Below are positions 28,756 to 37,966 of a stretch of DNA of 64,000 nt, in pieces. The stretch lies in contig PIVJ01000001.1 in assembly GCA_003353955.1 (NCBI GenBank), forward strand, positions 16,728 through 80,727, in the 5' to 3' direction. The stretch is from Bacteroidota bacterium (lineage in GTDB: Bacteria > Bacteroidota > Bacteroidia > Bacteroidales > GCA-2711565). A program made the position numbers and the translations under genes. Under the pieces are notes generated by a model, which saw nothing but the letters and a program-made list of their open reading frames with translations, searched no databases and was not told where the DNA came from. Position 1 is the first letter of the stretch. Each line of letters starts with the position of its first letter.

Positions 28756-29394
28756 TTGCACATGAGAAAAAAAAATTTTAACACTGGTATAATTATTTTA
28801 TCATTGTTTGCGCTTCTTTTGGCAGGAACAGGCTGTAAAAGTAAGCAAAAGTTAGCCGCCGAGCAGGCGGCAGTAGCCCATGTTCAACAAGTTGAGCAAG
28901 CTAAAACAGACCTACTGGAGATCATTAATGATAATGGCTCAATGACTTTGGTGGAAAAAGAAAATCGTCTCAACGTTATTAAGGGATTAAATCTTAATGA
29001 TTCCGAAGTTCAGGATTTAATTACTCAAGCAGATATGACGCTTGATAAAATTCGTAAAGAACAAGCAGATAAATTAAGGGCGGATGAAGAGGTGCAGCGA
29101 TTTGCAGCCTTAAAAAACACCGTTTTATCTAATCTAAAATCAGTTGCTAATGCTGGAAGTTTTGCTGTTGCCAACAGTCGAATTGCAAGCGCACTGAATT
29201 TATTTGCCTCTGAAGATATTCCTGTATTGATTATCATCAGTCAGGAAAACGGCATCAAAGACTATGACCGTCCAACTACCATCAAAAAGTATCTGGAATA
29301 CTTGAAAGATGTGAAAAAGCTTAGCAATGATATAGAAAATATCATTTTGGACAATAGAGGAAAAGTAACTGAAATTGAATTAATTAAAAAATAA
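28756..29394 (+). CDS. Hypothetical lipoprotein P1 (coiled-coil plus C-terminal alpha/beta domain)
   Basis: 212 aa. Lipobox LLAGTGC. The C-terminal region aligns by eye with P2 and the N-terminus of P4 (..AN.RI.....LF..D..V.... ..YLEYL...). Confidence 0.6.
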   Translation: MHMRKKNFNTGIIILSLFALLLAGTGCKSKQKLAAEQAAVAHVQQVEQAKTDLLEIINDNGSMTLVEKENRLNVIKGLNLNDSEVQDLITQADMTLDKIRKEQADKLRADEEVQRFAALKNTVLSNLKSVANAGSFAVANSRIASALNLFASEDIPVLIIISQENGIKDYDRPTTIKKYLEYLKDVKKLSNDIENIILDNRGKVTEIELIKK

Positions 29395-29400
29395 GAAACC

Positions 29401-29976
29401 ATGTCTAAATTTAAGATATTACTGATAGTGGTATTTTGTGCTGCAATTACAGCCAATACCTTTTCTCAAAGTCAAATAAGCCCTGAGCGAAAACGAGCAA
29501 TCGATAGTCTGGCTTTAGAAAAAATTCGGGATTTAAGTAAATATATTTCTATTATCGGAAATAAGGAAACACCTTTTTCTGAAGCAAATCGTGTGATAGA
29601 AAGAACTCAAGAATTATTTTTTGATGATGCTCAAATTGGTGTTTCTTCCTTATATCGTACCGAAATTGAATACTTTGGTGTTCGTACTTACCTTGAGCAT
29701 TTAATGGCTCTGAACTATGATAGAATCAACATTTCCTGGTACAATATCCAATACATTAGTGATTTGGAATTACAACCCGACGGACGTTATGTAGGTGTTA
29801 TTACCATCTATCAACGTTTTGAGGGCGAATCCGATGATGGTTTGTCGTATAAGGATACAACGAAAAAGGATATCACCGTTTACGTTGAGCGAAAACAAAC
29901 TCAAATTGGCGGCAAATTAATCGGTTTCTGGGATGTATTATTAGGAGACATTAGAGTAACCGAAACTATGCAATGA
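29401..29976 (+). CDS. Hypothetical secreted protein P2
   Basis: 191 aa with signal peptide. Starts 6 nt after the P1 stop. Shares the IGN-x-x-T...EANRVI...LF-x-DD-x-QI...YLEHL pattern with P4 residues 40-140. Confidence 0.6.
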   Translation: MSKFKILLIVVFCAAITANTFSQSQISPERKRAIDSLALEKIRDLSKYISIIGNKETPFSEANRVIERTQELFFDDAQIGVSSLYRTEIEYFGVRTYLEHLMALNYDRINISWYNIQYISDLELQPDGRYVGVITIYQRFEGESDDGLSYKDTTKKDITVYVERKQTQIGGKLIGFWDVLLGDIRVTETMQ

Positions 29977-30803
29977 GATTAATTGTTGGATGTTTTGTTT
30001 TTATTCTACTCATTGGCTCGAATTTACAGTCGCAAATCATCGACAATTTTGTTGAAGATGAAAGTATGTTGTATGCCCATACAAAACAAGTCAACCAATT
30101 TTTTAGAAGATTTAATGGGGAAGAGAATCGCTTAGGTGTTCGCTCCTCCATTAATGATTCTCTTTACCAAAACAACAATTTCAGAAAAGAATTTATCAAT
30201 TTTTTATTTGATGAAGAAAGTACCATTATTACTCCAAATTTAAAGTCGGAGTTTATTAATGATGTAATAGACAATCAGTCCTTGTTGGATTTTCATGGAG
30301 GAAATTGGTTTGCTCAGGTTAAGGCGTTGTTTTTATATAAGGGTGAAGAAAAAACGTGTACCATTTTTTTAAAACTTCAGGAAGAAGAAGTAGGTTCAAA
30401 GTGGGTACTAACAAGTGTTTTATTTGAACCATTTACATCGTATTTCATTAATACCGATAGTCTTTCCGAAAGTCAAAGAAGATTTTTACATCCCTTAAGT
30501 CATGAGCTCGATTTTATGAACTTATTCAAGGTTTTTAAAGAAGATCAGATCCTTGAACAATATGCCGAGCAAGGGTATACGCCTGATTATCTTACCCTTT
30601 TTATATATGAGTTTAGGAAATCAAATCTTAAATTTAAAACCATTCTGGATGTAAAATTCCATCTTTTTCAAATAAATAATTGGTATTTTGAATTGTCAGA
30701 ATATAATCGAAAAAGTTATAATTCGGGATGGCTCATTTCGAATTTGCTTAAAATTACCGAAGAAGATGAAGTCGTTTTAAAAAAGTTTATTTATCAAAAA
30801 TAA
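29973..30803 (+). CDS. Hypothetical secreted protein P3
   Basis: 276 aa with signal peptide. ATGA start/stop overlap with P2 suggests translational coupling. Confidence 0.6.
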   Translation: MRLIVGCFVFILLIGSNLQSQIIDNFVEDESMLYAHTKQVNQFFRRFNGEENRLGVRSSINDSLYQNNNFRKEFINFLFDEESTIITPNLKSEFINDVIDNQSLLDFHGGNWFAQVKALFLYKGEEKTCTIFLKLQEEEVGSKWVLTSVLFEPFTSYFINTDSLSESQRRFLHPLSHELDFMNLFKVFKEDQILEQYAEQGYTPDYLTLFIYEFRKSNLKFKTILDVKFHLFQINNWYFELSEYNRKSYNSGWLISNLLKITEEDEVVLKKFIYQK

Positions 30804-30808
30804 CCCCA

Positions 30809-33427
30809 TTGTCCACTGTGAAAAAAATGTTGATCCTTGTTGGAATGATTCTTTGCGTAAGTAAAATTACTTCTGCACAGGAGGAGTTATTTAATCAACG
30901 CGATATTGAAATTTATCAGAAGGAAGCAACCCAATTGGTAAATTATTTTGAATACACCCTTAACCTGATTGGAAGTTCAAAAACATTGCCGAAGGAGAAG
31001 AATGTCATTATTAATCAAAGTTATTCGAAAATATTTAAGGATGAATTTGTTCAAATTGAGGATGATTTGGATGAATACAGAACCGTACCTACCAATAAAA
31101 ACATTCAAGCCTATTTAAAAGATATTGATTTCTTTTTTAAACATACAGAATTTCATTTCTCCATCGAAGAGGTCACTTATCATTTTACGGAAGACCAGCA
31201 ATTATATTTTAAATTTCAGATTAACAGGAATTTAATCGGGCATTTAATTAATGGCGACTCCATCCATACAAATAAAGTTCGATTTATTGAAATAAATTTT
31301 GATAATGCCAAACAGGATTTGAAAATCGCAAGTATTTACACCACAAAATTGAATGAAAATAAAGAGTTACAAAACTGGTGGAATACCATTTCTGAAATTT
31401 GGAAAAATATTTTAGGAAAGGATCAATACATTCATGATTCGATTTATCTACCCAATATCATTTCATTTACTGATTCAACCTTTATTGCTCCTGCGGATAG
31501 TTTATTAATTACGGAAATTGATACTTTTTTTATTGAGGGATCTGATTCCGTTTTTATTCACGAGTTTGATACGCTGCAAATTGCTTATGTTGATACTGTA
31601 ATTTTTGATCCCACTCCATTTTATAATGCTCTTAAAGAAATAGTAAGGATTACTGAATTACAATTAGCTGACAATAATCAAATAACTGATTTAGCCCCCC
31701 TGAGTAAGCTAACAAATTTACAGTCAATTGACATTTCTAACACAAATATTACAGACCCAATCCCGATAAGGAATCTTACCAAACTTGAAAGCTTATATTG
31801 CTCAGGATCGAAAATTCAATCGTTGGCAGCCTTAAAATATTTGACCAATTTAAGGGTACTAAATATCAATAATACGGAAGTTGAGAAGTTGTACCCTCTG
31901 CAGAATCTTACCGGTCTCGAATTCTTGCATTTTAATTCAACTAAGATAGATAGTCTTCAATTATTAGCCGAACTCACGCATATAACAGATTTACGTTTTG
32001 CCAATACTTCTATAACTGATTTAGGTCCGTTAAGCCAGCTTAAGAGCCTGGAGGTGTTAAACTTTAATCTCACCAATGTTCATTCAATTGATGCTTTGGC
32101 TGGTTTAGAAAATCTGAGAATTCTGATGATGGATAATACAAGGGTGGATGACTTACTTCCATTGGCTAACTTAAAAAATCTTAAACGGGTTTATTGCGAT
32201 AACTCTCGGGTAACTGCTATCAAAGTCAACCAATTTATGCAGTTAGTGCCTCAAAGTTTGATAATATTCGAATCAGAAGAAATGAACCAGTGGTGGGCCG
32301 ATTTAAGCACTCCCTGGAAAACTGTTTTTAAAAAATATCGCGATTTAGATGAATCGCCAAGCAAAGAGCAATTGCACGAATTACTTAAGCTTAAGATTAT
32401 TGATCTGAGTAATCGTTCAGGAATAAAGAATCTGATTCCTTTGCAAAAATTGATCTATCTGGAACATTTAAATTGCTCACAATCTTCTGTGGCTAATTTA
32501 CGCCCATTGGCAGATTTAATTGACTTGAGGTATCTTGATTTTTCAGACACTAAAGTAAATTCAATTGAGCCGCTGCAAAATCTGCACAAGCTCGAACTGG
32601 TTTATTTTTCAAATACAGACGTGAGTGATTTATCGGCATTTAATAGTCTTGATTTTTTACAACAAATTCATTGTGTAAACACACAGGTAAAAGATTTAAT
32701 GCCACTCGCGAAATTATCAGATCTTAAGTCTGTTTATTGCGATAATACCCCTGTTGAATTGACTGATTATTTAAAATTTCGAAATAGTAACAAGCATAGT
32801 TTAATTATTTTTCAAACTAATTTATTGTCAGATTGGTGGGAAGGTTTATCCATAGATTGGAAGCAGGTTTTCACCAAAAAACTTAATTTAACTGTGGCAT
32901 CATTAAGCAAGGAAGATATACATCAGATTACGAATATTGAATCGTTGGACATTAATAATAATTTGCAGTTAAGAAGTCTTGAGCCCATTCGTATTCTTGC
33001 CAATTTAGAAAAATTTAAATTTTCCGGAACTCAAATAACAGATCTCAGTCCTTTAATAGATCTAGAACAAATTTCGACCATTGAATGTGCGAATAACCCA
33101 ATCAGTAATTTAGAAGTATTAATGCGCTTAGCTAATCTAAGTTTTTTAAATATCTCTAATATTCCGATCAGAGACTTTGAGCAGATTCAACACATGACCA
33201 AACTCGAAACATTAATTTGTCCGGGAACACAAATTAAAAATCTAAAATATTTGGAATACCTGACAAATCTGAAAGTGCTCGAGTGTTACAATACCAATAT
33301 TAAAAATCTTAATCCGCTTGCCGGCATAAGGCTGGAAATCTTAAAATGTTATAATACCGGATTAACTGTTAAACGTGTTGATAAATTTAAAGCAGAACAT
33401 CCTAATTGCGAAGTTGTTTACTATTAA
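30809..33427 (+). CDS. Exported leucine-rich-repeat protein P4 (N-terminal P2-like domain plus three LRR modules)
   Basis: 872 aa. The track start is TTG; GTG at 30818 or ATG at 30827 are alternatives. Signal peptide ends ...SKITSAQ. About 22-residue internalin-like LRRs (L..L..L.L..T.I.DL.PL). Confidence 0.8.
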   Translation: MSTVKKMLILVGMILCVSKITSAQEELFNQRDIEIYQKEATQLVNYFEYTLNLIGSSKTLPKEKNVIINQSYSKIFKDEFVQIEDDLDEYRTVPTNKNIQAYLKDIDFFFKHTEFHFSIEEVTYHFTEDQQLYFKFQINRNLIGHLINGDSIHTNKVRFIEINFDNAKQDLKIASIYTTKLNENKELQNWWNTISEIWKNILGKDQYIHDSIYLPNIISFTDSTFIAPADSLLITEIDTFFIEGSDSVFIHEFDTLQIAYVDTVIFDPTPFYNALKEIVRITELQLADNNQITDLAPLSKLTNLQSIDISNTNITDPIPIRNLTKLESLYCSGSKIQSLAALKYLTNLRVLNINNTEVEKLYPLQNLTGLEFLHFNSTKIDSLQLLAELTHITDLRFANTSITDLGPLSQLKSLEVLNFNLTNVHSIDALAGLENLRILMMDNTRVDDLLPLANLKNLKRVYCDNSRVTAIKVNQFMQLVPQSLIIFESEEMNQWWADLSTPWKTVFKKYRDLDESPSKEQLHELLKLKIIDLSNRSGIKNLIPLQKLIYLEHLNCSQSSVANLRPLADLIDLRYLDFSDTKVNSIEPLQNLHKLELVYFSNTDVSDLSAFNSLDFLQQIHCVNTQVKDLMPLAKLSDLKSVYCDNTPVELTDYLKFRNSNKHSLIIFQTNLLSDWWEGLSIDWKQVFTKKLNLTVASLSKEDIHQITNIESLDINNNLQLRSLEPIRILANLEKFKFSGTQITDLSPLIDLEQISTIECANNPISNLEVLMRLANLSFLNISNIPIRDFEQIQHMTKLETLICPGTQIKNLKYLEYLTNLKVLECYNTNIKNLNPLAGIRLEILKCYNTGLTVKRVDKFKAEHPNCEVVYY

Positions 33428-33439
33428 AAGCTAAACACT

Positions 33440-33743
33440 ATGTCATAGTCATCAAACAATATTACGCTAAGAACTTTCGGATTATCCGATTACGATTCCC
33501 TAATCAAATTATGGATACTGGCAGATTTAGCAATTAAGTCTGAAGGATGTGATGCAAAGGCTGGCATTGAAGAAGAGTTGAAAAAGCTGAAAATATGCTC
33601 TTTGGTAAAGGCATCGGGATCATTGTATGCCTGATGAAGATTACAATCAATCTTCCCTCGAAGCTTTTAAAGAATTTGGTTAATCAGCTGATAGGTTGGA
33701 AGTAACATTTTATGGTACAGCTTTTGTAAATATGAGAAGATAA
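33440..33743 (+). pseudogene. Heavily decayed GNAT acetyltransferase gene
   Basis: Own translation across three frames: MS*SSNNITLRTFGLSDYDSLIKLW... (N-terminus, stop at codon 3), ...GKGIG... (motif A) and ...NQSSLEAFKEFG.SADRLEVTFYG...MRR* (C-terminus). Large parts are missing. Confidence 0.45.
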
Positions 33744-33753
33744 ATATTAAAAA

Positions 33754-34076
33754 GTGACTGCATTTTTACTTATCGTTGTTTATATTATAATTTCTTTTCT
33801 TATTAGTATGAGAGTGAGGGTAAGACACGACAAATTGGGGCTCCTGTTACGTTTATAATTAGTATATTAGTAACACCAATTATTGGTTTATCTGTTATCA
33901 TGGTATCTCCAAAAAATTTACTCATCAGTCATTATGTTCAACGGATAAAATGTAAAGATTGAGATGATCATGATAAAACAAATACTGAATATTGTGAAGA
34001 ATGTAAACAAATTGATAATTGGCAATTAATAAAGCATAACACTATCAATAAAATTTGTTCAGTCCGGATAGCTTAG
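33754..34076 (+). pseudogene. Decayed two-TM + zinc-ribbon mini-gene
   Basis: VTAFLLIVVYIIISFLIS, then a frameshift, then GKTRQIGAPVTFIISILVTPIIGLSVIMVSPKN...RIKCKD*DDHDKTNTEYCEECKQ. A TGA at 33960-33962 sits where the second Cys of a CxxC pair would be. Confidence 0.3.
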
Positions 34077-34265
34077 CAACAACTCTTTAAATAAATTATT
34101 TTTATAAGATCTTTAATTTTAATTCTTTAAATAATTACAAATTGTATCTTTGTTCAAACCCGTACACTAATTGTAACTAAGCGAACACATTTAACGTCAA
34201 ACATTAAGTACGTTACAAATAATAAATTGATTATCATGCTATTAAAAATGTGGCATATTTTTAGT

Positions 34266-34273
34266 TATTTTTG
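34266..34273 (+). promoter_or_regulatory. -7 box TATTTTTG for the TolC-adaptor operon
   Basis: 27 nt upstream of the ATG at 34300. A second match, TATCTTTG, lies at 34145-34152. Confidence 0.4.
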
Positions 34274-34299
34274 TACTTCAAATAATAAATTATAAAGAA

Positions 34300-35688
34300 A
34301 TGAGACAGAATCTAACATTCAAATGGGTAAATCAACATATTAAAACAATCTTTATTGGTTTGTTGATAGTAGTAATTTCAGGGACGGTTTACTCGCAAAA
34401 AGTATGGTCACTCAGAGATTGTATTGATTATGCCTTGGAAAACAATCTTCAAATTAAAAAAAGCGAGGTATCTTACAGTATTGAAGAAGCAAATTTACTT
34501 CAAAGTAAACTCAACTTACTTCCTAGTTTAAATGCTTCTTCGTCCTACTCAATAGGATTTGGGAGAAGTGATGTCGAAAACCAATTTACGAATGAAACAA
34601 CCAAACAGGCATATTTTTCTGTGAACACTAGTGTTGATCTATTTAGAGGTTTTACAAAATATAATACCATAAAACAGAATCAATATAATTATATGGCTAG
34701 TAAATATGATTCTGATAAAATGAGGGATGATATTTCGTTAATGCTTGGGCAAAATTATTTAAATGTATTATTTAGCATGGAATTGGTTGAGAAAAGCAAG
34801 GCACAATTGGAAGTTACCGAACAACAAATCAGAAATATTCAAAAATTTGTTGATGCCGGAACTTTAGCTGTGGGAAGTTTATTGGAAATTCAGGCTCAAG
34901 GTGCTTCCGAAGAAGTAGCATTAATTAATGCTGAAAATCAACTAAATATGGCCTATCTTGATTTAATGCAACTGCTTGAATTAGCTGCAACCGAAGATTT
35001 TAAAGTCGAAATCCCCAATCTTATCATTACCAAAGAACCCGATATTTTATCTTCTGAGCAAATTTATCTTTTTTCTTTAAGTAACCTTTCACAAATTAAA
35101 AGTGCTGAAATGAGACTTAAAAGTGCTGAAAAGGGATTAGCTATTGCTAGAGGCTATAGGAGTCCTAGTTTATCTGCTAGTTATGGATGGAGTACTTATT
35201 ACTTAAATCCGAAATATGATGAATGGTTTCAAGATGGCACACACGGAGCGCAAATTCCCTTTTCTGAACAGTTTAATGATAACAAAAACAGATCATTAAG
35301 ATTCTCATTAAATATCCCAATCTTTAATGGTTTCCAAACTTCTTCTAATATTAGTCGCTCTAAATTGAGCACATTGACTACTGAATATGATTTACAATTA
35401 GTAAAAAATACAGTACGTAAAAGTATTGAACAGGCTTATTCTGATGCTATAGCAGCTTATAAAACGTACAATGCCAATATCAAATCAGTTACTTCATTTA
35501 AAGAAGCATTTAAATATATGGAGCAAAAATTTAATGTTGGATTAGAGAATTCGGTAAATTATAATCTGGCTAAAATGCAGTTATCGAGTGCTGAATCTGA
35601 TTTAATAGCGGCAAAGTATGACTATATTTTTAAAACAAAGATTTTAGATTTTTACATGGGTAACCCAATTACGCTTGATGAAAATTAA
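34300..35688 (+). CDS. TolC-family outer-membrane efflux protein
   Basis: 462 aa. SLRDCIDYALENNLQIK start and two-repeat TolC architecture. Confidence 0.85.
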   Translation: MRQNLTFKWVNQHIKTIFIGLLIVVISGTVYSQKVWSLRDCIDYALENNLQIKKSEVSYSIEEANLLQSKLNLLPSLNASSSYSIGFGRSDVENQFTNETTKQAYFSVNTSVDLFRGFTKYNTIKQNQYNYMASKYDSDKMRDDISLMLGQNYLNVLFSMELVEKSKAQLEVTEQQIRNIQKFVDAGTLAVGSLLEIQAQGASEEVALINAENQLNMAYLDLMQLLELAATEDFKVEIPNLIITKEPDILSSEQIYLFSLSNLSQIKSAEMRLKSAEKGLAIARGYRSPSLSASYGWSTYYLNPKYDEWFQDGTHGAQIPFSEQFNDNKNRSLRFSLNIPIFNGFQTSSNISRSKLSTLTTEYDLQLVKNTVRKSIEQAYSDAIAAYKTYNANIKSVTSFKEAFKYMEQKFNVGLENSVNYNLAKMQLSSAESDLIAAKYDYIFKTKILDFYMGNPITLDEN

Positions 35689-35833
35689 TAATTGAAAAAT
35701 TCCGCTTAACTTTTTATTATTGAACCCTCCAATTTTTGGGGTTTATCTTTTTAAATAATTAGCTGAGGTCGTAATTAATTTTGTAATTTTAGTGCCCCGA
35801 AAACATTAACATCAATTTTAAAGTTCATTGTAA

Positions 35834-37195
35834 ATGAAAAAGAAAAAGTCGAATACTAAGAAATATTTAATCTGGATTGGAATCCCTTTAGTAATACTAT
35901 TAATCGGATTTGCTGTAAATAAGAAAAAGGGAGTTCAGGGTATTAAAGTTAGTACCGAACTTGTTACCAAAAGGACATTAATAGAAACTGTTTCTGCAAA
36001 TGGCAAAATCCAACCTGAGGTTGATGTAGCAATTAGTCCTTATATTTCAGGTGAAGTTGTTGAATTATATGTTAGAGAAGGTGAGGAGGTTATTAAAGGT
36101 GACTTACTAGCCAAGATTGATAGAGAATTATACATCTCAGGTTTTGAACGTGCCGAAGCTTCATTGAATACCCAAAAGGCAAATCAAGCCAATACGAAAG
36201 CTCGATTGGCTCAAGTGGAGGCTCAATTTATAAATGCAAAACTTCAATTTGAAAGAAGCAAAACCCTATTTAATCAAAACGTAGTTTCAAAAGCAGATTA
36301 CGATGCAGCTTTTGCCACCTATAAAGTAGCCGAAGCTGAAGTTGTTGCAGCAAAAGAAAGTTTAAAGGGTGCAGCATTTTCTGTTGGTAGCGCTGGTGCA
36401 ACCTTAAAAGAAGCGCGTGAAAATCTGAACAGAACAAATATTTATGCCCCAAATGATGGTACTGTTTCTAAGTTAAATATTGAAAAGGGCGAGCGTGTTA
36501 CAGGAGCTTCACAATTTTCTTCCGGAACGGAGATTATGAGAATAGCCAATCTTCAGGATATGGAAGTAAATGTTGAGGTAAATGAAAATGATATTGTACG
36601 GGTTAGTTTGTACGACACTTGTTTAATTGAAGTTGATGCTTATTTAAACAAAAAATTCAAAGGAGTAGTAACTGAAATTGCAACTTCAGCTAATGTTACA
36701 GGTGTAAGTGCCGATCAGGTTACTAATTTTGAAGTGAAGATTAGAATATTAAGAAATTCATATATCGATTATATCCCGGCTGAAAACTCAAGTTATTCAC
36801 CTTTCCGTCCCGGCATGTCAGCAACCGTTGATATACAAACGGAAACAGCTTTGGGGATCTTAACTTTACCTATTCAGGCTGTTACTACCCGAACAGATTC
36901 AGCTGGAAATGTAAAGAGTGCTGTTGAAGGTGAAACTGAAACTGAAACCGATTACTCAGCTATTGATGATGAGGTGAAAGAATATGTATTTGTTTTTGAA
37001 GAAGAAGGAATTGCTAAAATGCAGTTGGTGAAAACAGGTATTCAGAATAGTACTTTCATCCAAGTTCTCGAAGGACTAAAAGAAGGAGATGAGGTTATCG
37101 TTGCTCCATATAGGGCTGTATCTAAAAAACTGAAGAACGGTGATGAAGTTAAGAAGGTTAAGGAAGAAGATTTATTCAGCTCAGACAGTAAGTAA
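35834..37195 (+). CDS. HlyD/MacA-like periplasmic adaptor (membrane fusion protein)
   Basis: 453 aa. N-terminal TM, lipoyl-like hairpin (ISGEVVELYVREGEEV.KGDLLAKID), long coiled coil, beta-barrel domain. Confidence 0.8.
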   Translation: MKKKKSNTKKYLIWIGIPLVILLIGFAVNKKKGVQGIKVSTELVTKRTLIETVSANGKIQPEVDVAISPYISGEVVELYVREGEEVIKGDLLAKIDRELYISGFERAEASLNTQKANQANTKARLAQVEAQFINAKLQFERSKTLFNQNVVSKADYDAAFATYKVAEAEVVAAKESLKGAAFSVGSAGATLKEARENLNRTNIYAPNDGTVSKLNIEKGERVTGASQFSSGTEIMRIANLQDMEVNVEVNENDIVRVSLYDTCLIEVDAYLNKKFKGVVTEIATSANVTGVSADQVTNFEVKIRILRNSYIDYIPAENSSYSPFRPGMSATVDIQTETALGILTLPIQAVTTRTDSAGNVKSAVEGETETETDYSAIDDEVKEYVFVFEEEGIAKMQLVKTGIQNSTFIQVLEGLKEGDEVIVAPYRAVSKKLKNGDEVKKVKEEDLFSSDSK

Positions 37196-37247
37196 ACAAG
37201 CATAAATTAAGGGACGCTGAAGAGCGTCCTTTATATTTTTAGTTTCG

Positions 37248-37943
37248 ATGTTCAAATTATTACTACTAGAAACAGCTACCGGAGTTTGTTCTGTTGCATT
37301 GGCAGATCAGGGAGAACTAATTTCTTTAAAAGAAAGTTCAACAGCCAATTCACACTCTTCATTATTAACAACTTTTATAGATGAAATATTAAAGGAAAAC
37401 GACCTTCAATATTCTGATTTGGATGCCATAGTTGTGAGTAAGGGTCCAGGCTCGTATACCGGTTTACGCATAGGTGTATCTTCTGCGAAAGGACTGTGTT
37501 TTTCTTTGGGTAAACCTTTAATTGCAATTAATACACTACAAAGTATGGCGTATGGAATACATAAAATGATTCAGGATGAGAATTTTTTAATTTGCCCGAT
37601 GATTGATGCCCGAAGGATGGAAGTTTATGATTCGTTGTTCGACTCTCACTTAAATAAAATCAAAGCTACAGCTGCAGAAATAATTGATGAAAATTCCTTT
37701 TCTGACTACTTTAAAAAATCAAACATCTATTTTGGTGGAGATGGTGCCGATAAATGCAGGGAGGTATTGAGCCATCAAAAAAATGCAAAATTCGTAAGTG
37801 ATTTTAAAGTTTCGGCGAAATACATGATCGAAATTGCTTCTCAAAAATTCAAGGAAAAACAATTTGAAGATGTGGCCTATTTTGAGCCTTATTACTTAAA
37901 AGATTTTATAGCAGGAAAACCCAACGTTAAGGGCTTGAAATAA
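37248..37943 (+). CDS. tsaB: tRNA t6A biosynthesis protein TsaB (YeaZ)
   Basis: 231 aa. LLLETATGVCSVAL..., VSKGPGSYTGLRIG. Confidence 0.85.
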   Translation: MFKLLLLETATGVCSVALADQGELISLKESSTANSHSSLLTTFIDEILKENDLQYSDLDAIVVSKGPGSYTGLRIGVSSAKGLCFSLGKPLIAINTLQSMAYGIHKMIQDENFLICPMIDARRMEVYDSLFDSHLNKIKATAAEIIDENSFSDYFKKSNIYFGGDGADKCREVLSHQKNAKFVSDFKVSAKYMIEIASQKFKEKQFEDVAYFEPYYLKDFIAGKPNVKGLK

Positions 37944-37966
37944 ATATAGCATGACATCATAAAATC

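Noticed and set aside
23619-34076. TGA recoding (TGA = Trp or Cys). In-frame TGA occurs where Trp (..ERTNA*LD..) and Cys (CKD*D) are expected.
   Set aside because: Well-supported genes terminate at TGA at their expected ends (e.g. pssA at 16178-16180, the NPD gene at 59035-59037). The interrupted genes also carry other lesions or are truncated. Ordinary pseudogenisation explains it.
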